A stretch of DNA of 64,000 bases from an uncultured Candidatus Saccharibacteria bacterium (GTDB lineage Bacteria > Patescibacteriota > Minisyncoccia > Phycocordibacterales > UBA6899). Under the pieces are notes generated by a model, which was not told the origin of the DNA, ran no database searches, and saw only the letters and a list, made by a program, of their open reading frames with translations. The stretch's first letter is position 1; each line of letters begins with the position of its first letter. The stretch covers positions 16,660 through 80,659 of the forward strand of contig CAYXYK010000002.1 of the NCBI GenBank assembly GCA_964469335.1. The letters run 5' to 3'. Position numbers and translations under genes: made by a program. Shown here piece by piece: positions 44,732-53,430 of this stretch.

Positions 44732-44977
44732 TTACTCCGATGAATCGCACTTTCTTGAAATTGTGTATTCAGTGCGTGCCATCTGCATTGCTTTGCGTAT
44801 GGCAGCATTTCGTCTGACTCCGATCTCTGCGGTGTGCCCGCCCTGCGAGGTGAGGCGGATATCGCCACCAAACTCCTCGAAGTAGAGCGTTTCGCCGTCG
44901 ATCATCACTCGCGCACACCATTTGCCGTCGTTCCAGCATGCAAAGACGTGGTCACTCATCGGGCTGATGTTCTTCAT
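44732..44977 (-). CDS. Hypothetical protein (81 aa from MKNISPMSDH).
   Basis: ORF with Cys/Trp-rich N-terminus; no motif. Confidence 0.35.
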   Translation of the reverse strand: MKNISPMSDHVFACWNDGKWCARVMIDGETLYFEEFGGDIRLTSQGGHTAEIGVRRNAAIRKAMQMARTEYTISRKCDSSE

Positions 44978-45048
44978 ACTGAAAACCTCAAGGTGAACTA
45001 CTTTTGGAATTATAACACGAAACACAGCATATATCAAGATAAGAAAAA

Positions 45049-45069
45049 GGGCCCCGGTGTGGGGCCCTC
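45049..45069 (-). terminator. Intrinsic terminator (minus).
   Basis: gggccccg-gtgt-ggggccc followed on the minus strand by TTTTCTT. Confidence 0.55.
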
Positions 45070-45077
45070 AGAGCGAC

Positions 45078-45539
45078 TCAAGCACGAGTCAGATGTGCTG
45101 CAGCAGCACGACGTGCCGCGTCGAGCACATGGTGAGGCAGGGAAGCGGGGTCACCTTCGGTCAGTTCGAGGCGACCTTGTCGGTTGCGGAAGCAGAGCTC
45201 CGTGCGACTCGTGTGGCCGATGACTTCGACCAGTACCCCCTTCTGTCCATCCGAGGTCGGCACGTAATCGATCGGTTCGCCGTCGTCGACGAAGGTCGGC
45301 ACTTCCGTCTCCCGAGCGGCTGCGGCAGCTTCATCCGCATGCTTTGCCTCCCGGAGTTCACGGTCGACCAGAATGCTGACCTGTCGCCATGCAGAAGACC
45401 AATCAGCAGTTGTCACTCCGTATCGGTTGAGCGTGCGCTGCATGATCACGTTTCTTCCGAGGCGACCACCTTGGCGCTTGTCAGCCTCCATGTTGTCGAT
45501 GACTTCTTTCGCTACCTGTCGTGCGCGTTCTTGTTCCAT
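45078..45539 (-). CDS. Hypothetical protein (153 aa from MEQERARQ).
   Basis: Clean ORF with its own terminator; no motif. Confidence 0.45.
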   Translation of the reverse strand: MEQERARQVAKEVIDNMEADKRQGGRLGRNVIMQRTLNRYGVTTADWSSAWRQVSILVDRELREAKHADEAAAAARETEVPTFVDDGEPIDYVPTSDGQKGVLVEVIGHTSRTELCFRNRQGRLELTEGDPASLPHHVLDAARRAAAAHLTRA

Positions 45540-45638
45540 AAAGAACCTCTTTCGCGAATGTTGAACTGATAGGATTATACAACAAAATCCTCTACTATGC
45601 AAGTAGAGGATTTTGGCTCAGTTAAGGGCTGGATTTTG

Positions 45639-46088
45639 CTACGAGAGGATCTCTTCACACACAGCTTTGACGTCATTGCCGTCCGCCTGACCCTTACATT
45701 CCTTCATCACTGCACCGATGAATTTACCCATGCTGCTTTTGTCCACCGCGCCGAGCTCCGCCTTCTTCGCGAGCGCGATCTTCTTTATCGCTTCACGCGG
45801 CATGAGTGCAGGAAGGAACTCTTCGATGATCGCGAGTTCCTTGAGTTCTTTTTCAGCAAGTTCCGGTCGGCCTCCTTGGGTGAATTGTTCTGCTGAGTCT
45901 TTGCGCTGCTTGACGAGGCGCTTGAGTACTGCGACACAGTCATCATCACCGAGAATCTCTTGTGGAGTACGGCGTTTGGCGACCAGTTCATTGACGAATG
46001 CGGTGAGGATTCCACGCAAGACTTCCTTTCGGAGTTCATCCTTTGCGCGCATTGCATCTTTGATCTGTTCTTTGATTTTCTCGTGCAT
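45639..46088 (-). CDS. GatB/YqeY domain protein.
   Basis: MHEKIKEQIKDAMRAKDELRKEVLRGIL...AELGAVDKSSMGKFIGAVMKECKGQADGNDV matches the YqeY family. Confidence 0.85.
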   Translation of the reverse strand: MHEKIKEQIKDAMRAKDELRKEVLRGILTAFVNELVAKRRTPQEILGDDDCVAVLKRLVKQRKDSAEQFTQGGRPELAEKELKELAIIEEFLPALMPREAIKKIALAKKAELGAVDKSSMGKFIGAVMKECKGQADGNDVKAVCEEILS

Positions 46089-46216
46089 ATATTTATGAGG
46101 TTATTGTTCGATTATATCCTAGAGCGAACCAGAGCTTCCATTGACAAATCACAATTATGTGATAGTTTTGGTGCGGAATAGCTCTACCCATTTCACAACA
46201 GAAGAGGGAACACATC

Positions 46217-46897
46217 ATGGCACATGAACCGAGTCCGCTCGTCGTCGCCGAAGCACGGGCAAGGCAGCTTGAAACTGAAGTTGAACGGTTGAACGAACAG
46301 AACCGACTCCTGACCGAGGACAAGCGCCTCTTGCATGCAGAGAACGACCGTCTCGCAGTCGAGAACCGGCAGCTCAAAGACATGCTCATCGTCGCCGAAG
46401 AACACGGACGCAAAGATGAGGTGACCGGCCTTTATCGCCGCTGGTACTTCATGGAGCGTGTGCAGGAAGACATCACTGAATCAACTACCGGGACCAAGCG
46501 GCAGAATACGCCGCCTCCCGAGAGTACGGCATTCCTGATGATCGATCTCGAGGATTTCAGTCGCTTCAACAACTCGGAAGAAGGACAACCTCAGGGTGAC
46601 CGGATTCTGAAGAAGGCGGCCGCCGCGATGCGAAGGAAGCTCCGGCACGGGGAGAAGATCGGTCGCCTGGGTGGTGATGAGTTCGGCCTGTTGCTCCGCA
46701 ACATGACACCAGAGATTATTGCCACCAAGATTGCTCAGATCAGCGAAAGCCTCCGGCAGGAAGATCCGACGCTCGCCGCGTATTTCGGCGTCGAGTTCTA
46801 TGTTCCTGGCATGTCAGTTGATGACCTCTATCGCGCTGCAGCAGTGAGACTGAGCGAGGCCAAGAGAGCCAAGAAGGCCGGACAGCGCGTCGTCTGA
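46217..46897 (+). CDS. GGDEF-domain protein (putative diguanylate cyclase) with an N-terminal coiled-coil.
   Basis: DEVTGLYRR plus RLGGDEFGLLL (intact GGDEF). N-terminal heptad-like LNEQNRLLTEDKRLLHAENDRLAVENRQLK. Confidence 0.8.
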   Translation: MAHEPSPLVVAEARARQLETEVERLNEQNRLLTEDKRLLHAENDRLAVENRQLKDMLIVAEEHGRKDEVTGLYRRWYFMERVQEDITESTTGTKRQNTPPPESTAFLMIDLEDFSRFNNSEEGQPQGDRILKKAAAAMRRKLRHGEKIGRLGGDEFGLLLRNMTPEIIATKIAQISESLRQEDPTLAAYFGVEFYVPGMSVDDLYRAAAVRLSEAKRAKKAGQRVV

Positions 46898-46985
46898 ATC
46901 TCGCTTCGTGCACAAACCGCGCCGCTACCGATTTGATTCGGGGCGGCGTTTTTTTATATTCGAAATGACATGCTAAGATGAACGC

Positions 46986-48065
46986 ATGGAAACCGTACTG
47001 CTCGCACTTGTTGTCGTCCTCATCCTCTTGGTCGCTGGTCTCATTTGGGTCGTGCTTTCGCGCAAACAAGGGGGGGACACCCAAGGATTGGTCCTGATGC
47101 AACAGCAGATGGCCGAGCTCACTCGCCAGATGGATGCCAAGCTCTCCGAATCGAGAAAGGACATGAGTGAGGCGGTACGCACGCAGTTCTCAGAATCCCA
47201 GAAACTCATGCGCGAGATCAAAGAGGACATGAGTCGCAGCCTCGGTGACGTGCGGGTCGAGCAGACCAAGACCAATGAGTCGACCACCCGCTTCATGGCG
47301 ATCGCCGAGCAGCTCGCGAATCTCGAGAAGGTCTTGAAGCATCAAAAGCAGCGAGGTAACCTCGGCGAGGCCTCACTCGAACTCATCCTTTCGAACATCC
47401 TTCCTCCCGGCGCATTCAAGATGCAGCACCGCTTCACGAACAACGACGCAGTTGATGCGGTGATCGTGACAAAGGACGGCATGATCCCGGTCGATGCGAA
47501 GTTTTCGCTCGACAATTACAATCGGGTCACGATGGCGATAGATGACAAGCAGCGAGAAGAGCTAGAGAAGGAATTCAAGAATGATTTAAAAAAACGCATT
47601 GACGAAACTTCGAAATACATCCGCCCGGAGGAGGGGACACTGCCGTTCGCATTCATGTTCATTCCTGCCGAAGGGATATACTACGATCTTCTTGTGAACG
47701 AAGTCGGTGCAGTGAAGGTCAATACCCGCAATCTCATCGACTATGCCTACAATGACAAGAAGGTCATTATCGTCTCCCCGACCACCTTTGCAGCGTACCT
47801 CCAGTCGGTGCTCTATGGTTTCAAGGCGTTCAAGATCGAAGAAGGGGCAAAGGATATCATCAAGCGAGTGGACGAGCTCGGGAAGCACATGAAAGCATAT
47901 GAGGAATATGTGGCGAAGCTCGGCAATGCGCTCAGTACTACGGTAAATCATTATAATGCGGCCTATAAGGAGCTTGGGAAGGTAGACAAGGACGTAACCC
48001 GCATTACCGGCGCTACCCCCGGTTTAGAGCCGAATTTGCTCGAAAAACCTGCCATTGGGGAATAA
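46986..48065 (+). CDS. rmuC: DNA recombination protein RmuC.
   Basis: N-terminal TM, long coiled-coil, C-terminal FMFIPAEGIYYDLL nuclease-like domain. Confidence 0.85.
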   Translation: METVLLALVVVLILLVAGLIWVVLSRKQGGDTQGLVLMQQQMAELTRQMDAKLSESRKDMSEAVRTQFSESQKLMREIKEDMSRSLGDVRVEQTKTNESTTRFMAIAEQLANLEKVLKHQKQRGNLGEASLELILSNILPPGAFKMQHRFTNNDAVDAVIVTKDGMIPVDAKFSLDNYNRVTMAIDDKQREELEKEFKNDLKKRIDETSKYIRPEEGTLPFAFMFIPAEGIYYDLLVNEVGAVKVNTRNLIDYAYNDKKVIIVSPTTFAAYLQSVLYGFKAFKIEEGAKDIIKRVDELGKHMKAYEEYVAKLGNALSTTVNHYNAAYKELGKVDKDVTRITGATPGLEPNLLEKPAIGE

Positions 48066-48068
48066 GAA

Positions 48069-48092
48069 AGCCGCCCCAGTAGGGCGGCTTTG
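48069..48092. terminator. Bidirectional hairpin terminator.
   Basis: aagccgccc-cagta-gggcggctt. Confidence 0.55.
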
Positions 48093-48109
48093 CAATCCGT
48101 CGGCACAGT

Positions 48110-48343
48110 TCAGTGTTGTTGGTTTGTGGGTAGCCGTTCACCACAACAAGGGCAGTGAGAGATGATGATGCCGTATTCGTTGTTCACCGCCAAGACCCAG
48201 ACACCGTGCTGCTCGGTGAGTGACAGGTCATGCGCTGAGAAGAGATCGCTCCCGTCACGTGCCTTGTATTTGCCACCCTTGTCACTGTTCAGGTCCTGGA
48301 TCTTTTCACTAACCTTGAGCTGCGGACATTGATGAGCCGTCAT
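48110..48343 (-). CDS. Small Cys-containing protein (77 aa), possible zinc ribbon.
   Basis: N-terminal HQCPQL and C-terminal HCPCCG. Confidence 0.4.
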   Translation of the reverse strand: MTAHQCPQLKVSEKIQDLNSDKGGKYKARDGSDLFSAHDLSLTEQHGVWVLAVNNEYGIIISHCPCCGERLPTNQQH

Positions 48344-48484
48344 TTCGTTCTCCTTACCCCTGAACTCGAGGCGCAGTTGGCAGTATGCCTAGATCTACTA
48401 GGACATATTTTACATCATTTTATTATAATATGTCAAGTATCTGAGATTTGCAATATCCCAAAAAGCATGTAGAATAGCTCCACT

Positions 48485-48832
48485 ATGTCATTTGCAGTAA
48501 TACAAACGGGCGGAAAGCAATATAAGGTTGAAGCAGGCGATGTACTCAAGATCGAGAAGCTTTCACAGCCGACAAAGGCAGGAGAGCAGCCGGTAGTGTA
48601 CGAGGCAGGCGCAAAAGTGGTATTCGATCAGGTGCTTTTAGTCGATGATGGCAGCTCCACCAAGGTGGGTGCTCCGTACGTCGCAGGAGCGAAAGTCACC
48701 GCATCGGTGGTTGTGCCTGAAGCGAAAGGGAAGAAAGTGATGGTGGTCAAATACATGCCGAAATCACGTTATTTCAAAAAGAACGGACATCGCCAACCTT
48801 TTACCGAGGTAAAGATCGAATCGATCGGATAG
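48485..48832 (+). CDS. rplU: 50S ribosomal protein L21.
   Basis: MSFAVIQTGGKQYKVEAGDVLKIEKL...KKNGHRQPFTEVKI. Confidence 0.9.
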   Translation: MSFAVIQTGGKQYKVEAGDVLKIEKLSQPTKAGEQPVVYEAGAKVVFDQVLLVDDGSSTKVGAPYVAGAKVTASVVVPEAKGKKVMVVKYMPKSRYFKKNGHRQPFTEVKIESIG

Positions 48833-49082
48833 TTGTCACAAAGAGCCCCGCAAGGGGTTCTCTGGTAGATGGCCGAAGAGCCATGATATATGAACAGATA
48901 CGAACAAAATGAAGAAATAAACATGGACAACACCCATTCGCTCGATGAGGTGCTTCGTCTTGCCTCTCTTCTCCCGACCGATGAGACTCCGAAAACCGAA
49001 GAAACATTCGATATCGACGGAGCACTCGCATAATCGGCGTATCCTGTTATAGCCTCATTTCTATTGATATACTGTGGAGGCA

Positions 49083-50120
49083 ATGTTGTGGTATCTCCGC
49101 AAAAGGTTACATCCAAAGCAGAAAGCGCTCCTCTTGCTTGCGATATGTTTTCTTTCGGGGGGAGGAGTAGGGTACATGCTGCACCAACCTGCGCCGATCA
49201 CCGACCCAGTTTGGGGACCTGTGCGAGCTCCGCACGGCGAATACAGGATGATCCAACCATTGCTTGCGTGCGATTTTCCTGACAATGATGAGGATGAAAG
49301 AATGAAATCGCTCAAGTCGCAATTCGAGAATGACATCGAAAATGCCCAAGATTCTCAGGAAACGATCAATGCCTCAGTGTATCTTCGGAGCATGAACAGC
49401 GGAGAGAGTCTTGGGATAAATGAAGAAAAGCGATATGATCCCGCTAGTATGTTTAAGGTGGTGCTGATGATGACCTATGCGCACATGGCTGAATCCCACC
49501 CTGATCTTTTTGATCGGAAACTGACAATGACCGACGATATCTATCACCAAGGCGATGCGGTGGGATATTACAGTAGTACTACGCTTGTTGTTGGCGAGAG
49601 TTATCGTGTCGGAACGCTGATCGATACGATGATCGTTCAGTCGGATAATGGCGCAAAAGACCTACTCTTGTCCAATATCACTACCGATGAGTTGGTTCGA
49701 ACCCTGCAGTACTTCGGACTCGAGCTAGCAAGGAGCAGTGCGGACAATCTGAAGATGTCTCCAAAGGATATCTCTCTGTTTTTCCGAACCCTCTACAGTG
49801 CCACATATCTCGACAATCTCCATTCGGAGGTTGCGCTCGAGCTACTTTCTCGTACCACGTTCAAGGATGGTATCGTGGCGGGGCTACCCTACGGGACGCT
49901 TACTGCGCACAAATACGGCGAATTCATCAACACAGATAAGACCGATGCTCTCGAGCAACTCGAGCAACTCGAGCTTCATGATTGTGGAATCATCTATGCG
50001 CCGGGGAATCCCTATTTCTTGTGTGTTATGACCGAAGGAGGTACCCACAAAGAGCTTGCAAAGCTCATCTCGACCATTTCTCAGCACGCATATTACGAGA
50101 TGACAACGGCTAGGGATTAG
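49083..50120 (+). CDS. Class A beta-lactamase family serine hydrolase, membrane-anchored.
   Basis: N-terminal TM; S-x-x-K (PASMFKV), SDN (VQSDNGA), K-x-G (HKYGEF). Confidence 0.65.
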   Translation: MLWYLRKRLHPKQKALLLLAICFLSGGGVGYMLHQPAPITDPVWGPVRAPHGEYRMIQPLLACDFPDNDEDERMKSLKSQFENDIENAQDSQETINASVYLRSMNSGESLGINEEKRYDPASMFKVVLMMTYAHMAESHPDLFDRKLTMTDDIYHQGDAVGYYSSTTLVVGESYRVGTLIDTMIVQSDNGAKDLLLSNITTDELVRTLQYFGLELARSSADNLKMSPKDISLFFRTLYSATYLDNLHSEVALELLSRTTFKDGIVAGLPYGTLTAHKYGEFINTDKTDALEQLEQLELHDCGIIYAPGNPYFLCVMTEGGTHKELAKLISTISQHAYYEMTTARD

Positions 50121-50590
50121 TTTCCCTCGAATTCGATACCGTCGAGTTCGGAAAGTATCGACGGATCTACGGGGACCACGTCCTTCGGCACGACGCTGAC
50201 TCGTGAGATGTATTCACGGTCGTGATCGTCACCCTCCGTAGTGAACGTCTCATTCGGGAGCACATACACATATCCCGACGTGAACGTGTAATTCTCGCCA
50301 CCGACTTTCATCGGACCGTTCCCGTTGGCGGAGTAGCTACTCCGCCAACTTTTTTTACTTGGGTCTTTTTCTGCGAACAATGCCATCAGGATCGGCACAC
50401 GGATATCCGATGCTTCTGCGTAGACCGCGAACGCCTGTCCCGTCGTTCTTGTGCTGTCGTCATCGGTGGACTGTTTTGGGATGAGTGCGTCAACTAGGAT
50501 CTTTCCGCCATGAAGGAGATATCCCTCACGTATGCAGTTACGTAGATAGTCGATCTTCTCGCTGTTCGATGATATTTCTTTGGGTGTCAT
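50117..50590 (-). CDS. Hypothetical protein (157 aa), start overlapping the recR stop.
   Basis: ATGA overlap with recR; no motif. Confidence 0.5.
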   Translation of the reverse strand: MTPKEISSNSEKIDYLRNCIREGYLLHGGKILVDALIPKQSTDDDSTRTTGQAFAVYAEASDIRVPILMALFAEKDPSKKSWRSSYSANGNGPMKVGGENYTFTSGYVYVLPNETFTTEGDDHDREYISRVSVVPKDVVPVDPSILSELDGIEFEGN

Positions 50591-51204
50591 TTTCTTCCTT
50601 CCAGCGCATAGCGGAGCGTCTCGGCATCCGAGTACTCGAGCTCTGTTCCGGTCGAGAGGCCTCTTCCAAGGCTGGTCAGTTTGATGAAATTCGTTTCTGC
50701 GATAGGAGTGATGTATTCACGAACATATTCCGCAGTGTGTTCCGATTCAGGAGTGACGGCGCAGGCGAGAATGACTTCCTTGAGATCGCTGTACTCTTCC
50801 TCGATGAGTGCGGTGAGGAGCTCTACGCGAATGCGTTTCTCTGGTTCTTTTTCAAGGATGGGAAGTGTTCCGCCAAGCACGAAATATGTGCCGCTATATG
50901 TGCCGCTCTTCTCGATCGCTTCGAGGTCGGAATCCTTCTCGACGACCATCAAGATACTTCTGTCGCGCTCTTGATCAGAACAGATGCCGCAAGTAGGACC
51001 TGCCGTCGCGAAGCGTTTTGTGAAATAGCGGTGACAACGTGCACACTCCAGGATGTTCTGCTCGAGCGCCTGTATCTGCCGCACCAATTCATCGATGTAT
51101 GATCTGTTCTGCTTGAGCAGGAAGTATACGAATCGCTTCGATTGGCGAGTGCCGATACCGGGAAATTCCGAAAAAAGTTGTGCAAGGCGGTGTATCGGAT
51201 CCAT
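50587..51204 (-). CDS. recR: Recombination protein RecR.
   Basis: HhH GIGTRQSKR, C4 zinc finger CARCHRY...CGICSD, Toprim domain. Confidence 0.9.
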   Translation of the reverse strand: MDPIHRLAQLFSEFPGIGTRQSKRFVYFLLKQNRSYIDELVRQIQALEQNILECARCHRYFTKRFATAGPTCGICSDQERDRSILMVVEKDSDLEAIEKSGTYSGTYFVLGGTLPILEKEPEKRIRVELLTALIEEEYSDLKEVILACAVTPESEHTAEYVREYITPIAETNFIKLTSLGRGLSTGTELEYSDAETLRYALEGRK

Positions 51205-52587
51205 TTAGAATATATCGTCGAATGCTTTGTCTGAGCCGCCGGTGTAGCCTTTGTCGATTTCGCGGAAGGTTGTGTGGCGCCCGTCGAAGAATAGCTCTAT
51301 GGAGCCTGTAGGGCCGTTGCGGTGCTTCTCGATCATGATCTCGGCGATACCAGGCTTCTCGGAATTCTCGTTCTGCTTGTCGTCACGATGGATGAACATC
51401 ACCACGTCGGCGTCTTGCTCGATCGAACCAGAGTCACGAAGGTCGGAAAGGCGAGGTTTGCCGCCGCGCTGTTCGACGGCACGCGAGAGCTGTGAGAGAG
51501 CAAGCACCGGCACATCGAGGTCCTTTGCGAGACCTTTGAGTGAACGGGAGATCTCAGTGACCTGCTGCACCATAGAGTCGGTTGAACGCATCGGGGTCAT
51601 CAGCTGAAGGTAGTCGACGATGACCAGTCCGAGATTGTGCTCACTCTTCATTCGGCGAACCGCTGAGCGCATGTTCATGATATTGATTCCTGCCTGATCG
51701 TTGATGAAGATCGGAGCCTTCGAGAGTCTGTCGAGCCCTTCGCGGAGATACGCGAACTCGTGATCCTTTGAGAGTTGTCCGGTGCGGAGTTTCCAAGAGT
51801 CGACAGAACTTTCCGCCGAGAGCATACGATCGATGAGCTGCTGTGAACTCATTTCGAGCGAGAAGATGCCGACCGGGATATTGTGTTCGACAGCAGCCTT
51901 GCGTGCGATGTCGAGTGCGAACGACGTCTTACCCATCGACGGACGAGCAGCGAGGATGATGAGGTCAGATTTCTGGAGTCCTGAGAGTGTCTTGTCGAGC
52001 GAGGGGAATCCGGTCGGTACACCGCGCATACCGTCCTTGTCCGCGTGGATCTTCTCGATACGTTCCCAAGCAATGACAAGTGCGTCCTTGATCTTCTGGA
52101 TTCCTTGTCCTGAGGAGATATTGGTCACTGAGTATATCTTGCTCTCCGCTTCGTCGAGGATCTCTTCGAGTGCGACGTCTTCTTGATAGCCGAGCTGACC
52201 GACGTGTTCGGCGGTACGGATCAATTCTCGCAGGATGTGCTTTTTGCGAACTGTATCAGCGTAAAAGCGTGCATTCGCAGATGAAGGCACCGAACTCGCG
52301 AGTTCTGCGAGATAGGTACGTCCGCCGACCTGATCGAGTAATGCTTTCTCCTCGAGTTTCATTGCAAGGGTGAGGAGATCGATCGGCTCGTGTTTTCTCT
52401 GCAGGTCGAGCATTGCCTCAAAGATCAGTCGGTGCTTCTCAGCATAGAAAGATTCAGGAAGTACGACGTCGGAGATCTCATAGAGTGAGTCACTGCGGAG
52501 CATGATGGCTCCAAGCAGGGCTTGCTCAGACTCAAGGTGCTGAGGAGGAAGTCGTAATCCTGTAGACGGTACGTACGGGCTTTTCAC
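51205..52587 (-). CDS. dnaB: Replicative DNA helicase DnaB.
   Basis: Walker A ARPSMGKTSFAL, RecA-like core, H4 motif QLSRAVEQR. Confidence 0.9.
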   Translation of the reverse strand: MKSPYVPSTGLRLPPQHLESEQALLGAIMLRSDSLYEISDVVLPESFYAEKHRLIFEAMLDLQRKHEPIDLLTLAMKLEEKALLDQVGGRTYLAELASSVPSSANARFYADTVRKKHILRELIRTAEHVGQLGYQEDVALEEILDEAESKIYSVTNISSGQGIQKIKDALVIAWERIEKIHADKDGMRGVPTGFPSLDKTLSGLQKSDLIILAARPSMGKTSFALDIARKAAVEHNIPVGIFSLEMSSQQLIDRMLSAESSVDSWKLRTGQLSKDHEFAYLREGLDRLSKAPIFINDQAGINIMNMRSAVRRMKSEHNLGLVIVDYLQLMTPMRSTDSMVQQVTEISRSLKGLAKDLDVPVLALSQLSRAVEQRGGKPRLSDLRDSGSIEQDADVVMFIHRDDKQNENSEKPGIAEIMIEKHRNGPTGSIELFFDGRHTTFREIDKGYTGGSDKAFDDIF

Positions 52588-52706
52588 GGTAGAGGTATTT
52601 TAGCATGGTTCGTGCATTGATGAGAAAGTGGGGAAAGTGCGTAAGACTGTGCGCAAGCTGTGGACGAAAACTTGGAATTTCGTTGATAATTCACTATGAT
52701 GCCACT

Positions 52707-53408
52707 ATGGACAAAATCGCAGCAGTGGTATTGGTGGCCGGAGTAGGTTCGCGTATGCTCCCGCTCACACTCGATATGCCGAAACCGATGCTCAGGATCG
52801 GAGAGCGGAATCTCATCGAACTGAAGCTTGAACTCCTCCCGAATGAGGTCAGTGAGATCGTGCTCGTCATCGGTTATCTCGGTGAGAAGATCCGGAACTA
52901 TTTTGGAGATGTCTGGAACGGAAAACGGATCAGTTATGTCACACAAGCCGTACCAAACGGCACCGCAGGGGCGCTGTGGGCGGCAAAGGACGTTCTCCCT
53001 GACCGTTTCATCGTCATGATGGGCGATGATCTCTACGTCGAGGAAGATATCAAGGAGATGTTGAGATATGAGTATGCGATCGCAGTCAGTGAGGTGAAGG
53101 ATCGGGAGATCTCCGGCGGTGTTGTGCTTGATATGAACGGGAAATTCGTGAATGTCGATGAATCGAAACGCTATGTCGATATCGGATTCATCAATACGGG
53201 ACTCTATATGCTGAGCAAAACTATATTTGACCATGAGCCGGTCCCGAAATCTCCTGGTTCCGATGAGCTAGGCCTACCGCAAACACTCGCACTGGTCGCG
53301 AAAGAAGCTCCAGTAGAAGTGGTGATGTCAAAGGGATGGTTCCAGGTCACGGAACCCGTTGACCTCAAACGGGGGGAAACATTCCTCAAGGATCAAAAAA
53401 CCGCCTAA
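52707..53408 (+). CDS. Sugar-phosphate nucleotidyltransferase (NTP_transferase family).
   Basis: AAVVLVAGVGSRMLPLT..PKPML signature G-x-G-x-R-L. Start at MDKIAAVVL (ATG 52707). Confidence 0.7.
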   Translation: MDKIAAVVLVAGVGSRMLPLTLDMPKPMLRIGERNLIELKLELLPNEVSEIVLVIGYLGEKIRNYFGDVWNGKRISYVTQAVPNGTAGALWAAKDVLPDRFIVMMGDDLYVEEDIKEMLRYEYAIAVSEVKDREISGGVVLDMNGKFVNVDESKRYVDIGFINTGLYMLSKTIFDHEPVPKSPGSDELGLPQTLALVAKEAPVEVVMSKGWFQVTEPVDLKRGETFLKDQKTA

Positions 53409-53425
53409 AGCGGTTTTTTGATCGA
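53396..53425. terminator. Bidirectional terminator.
   Basis: aaaaaaccgc-ctaaa-gcggtttttt. Confidence 0.65.
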
Positions 53426-53430
53426 AGGGA

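Noticed and set aside
48923-49033. 36-codon ORF (MDNTHSLDEV...) between rplU and the beta-lactamase-like gene.
   Set aside because: No RBS and no recognisable features; not reported as a gene. rpmA (L27) is simply absent downstream of rplU here.
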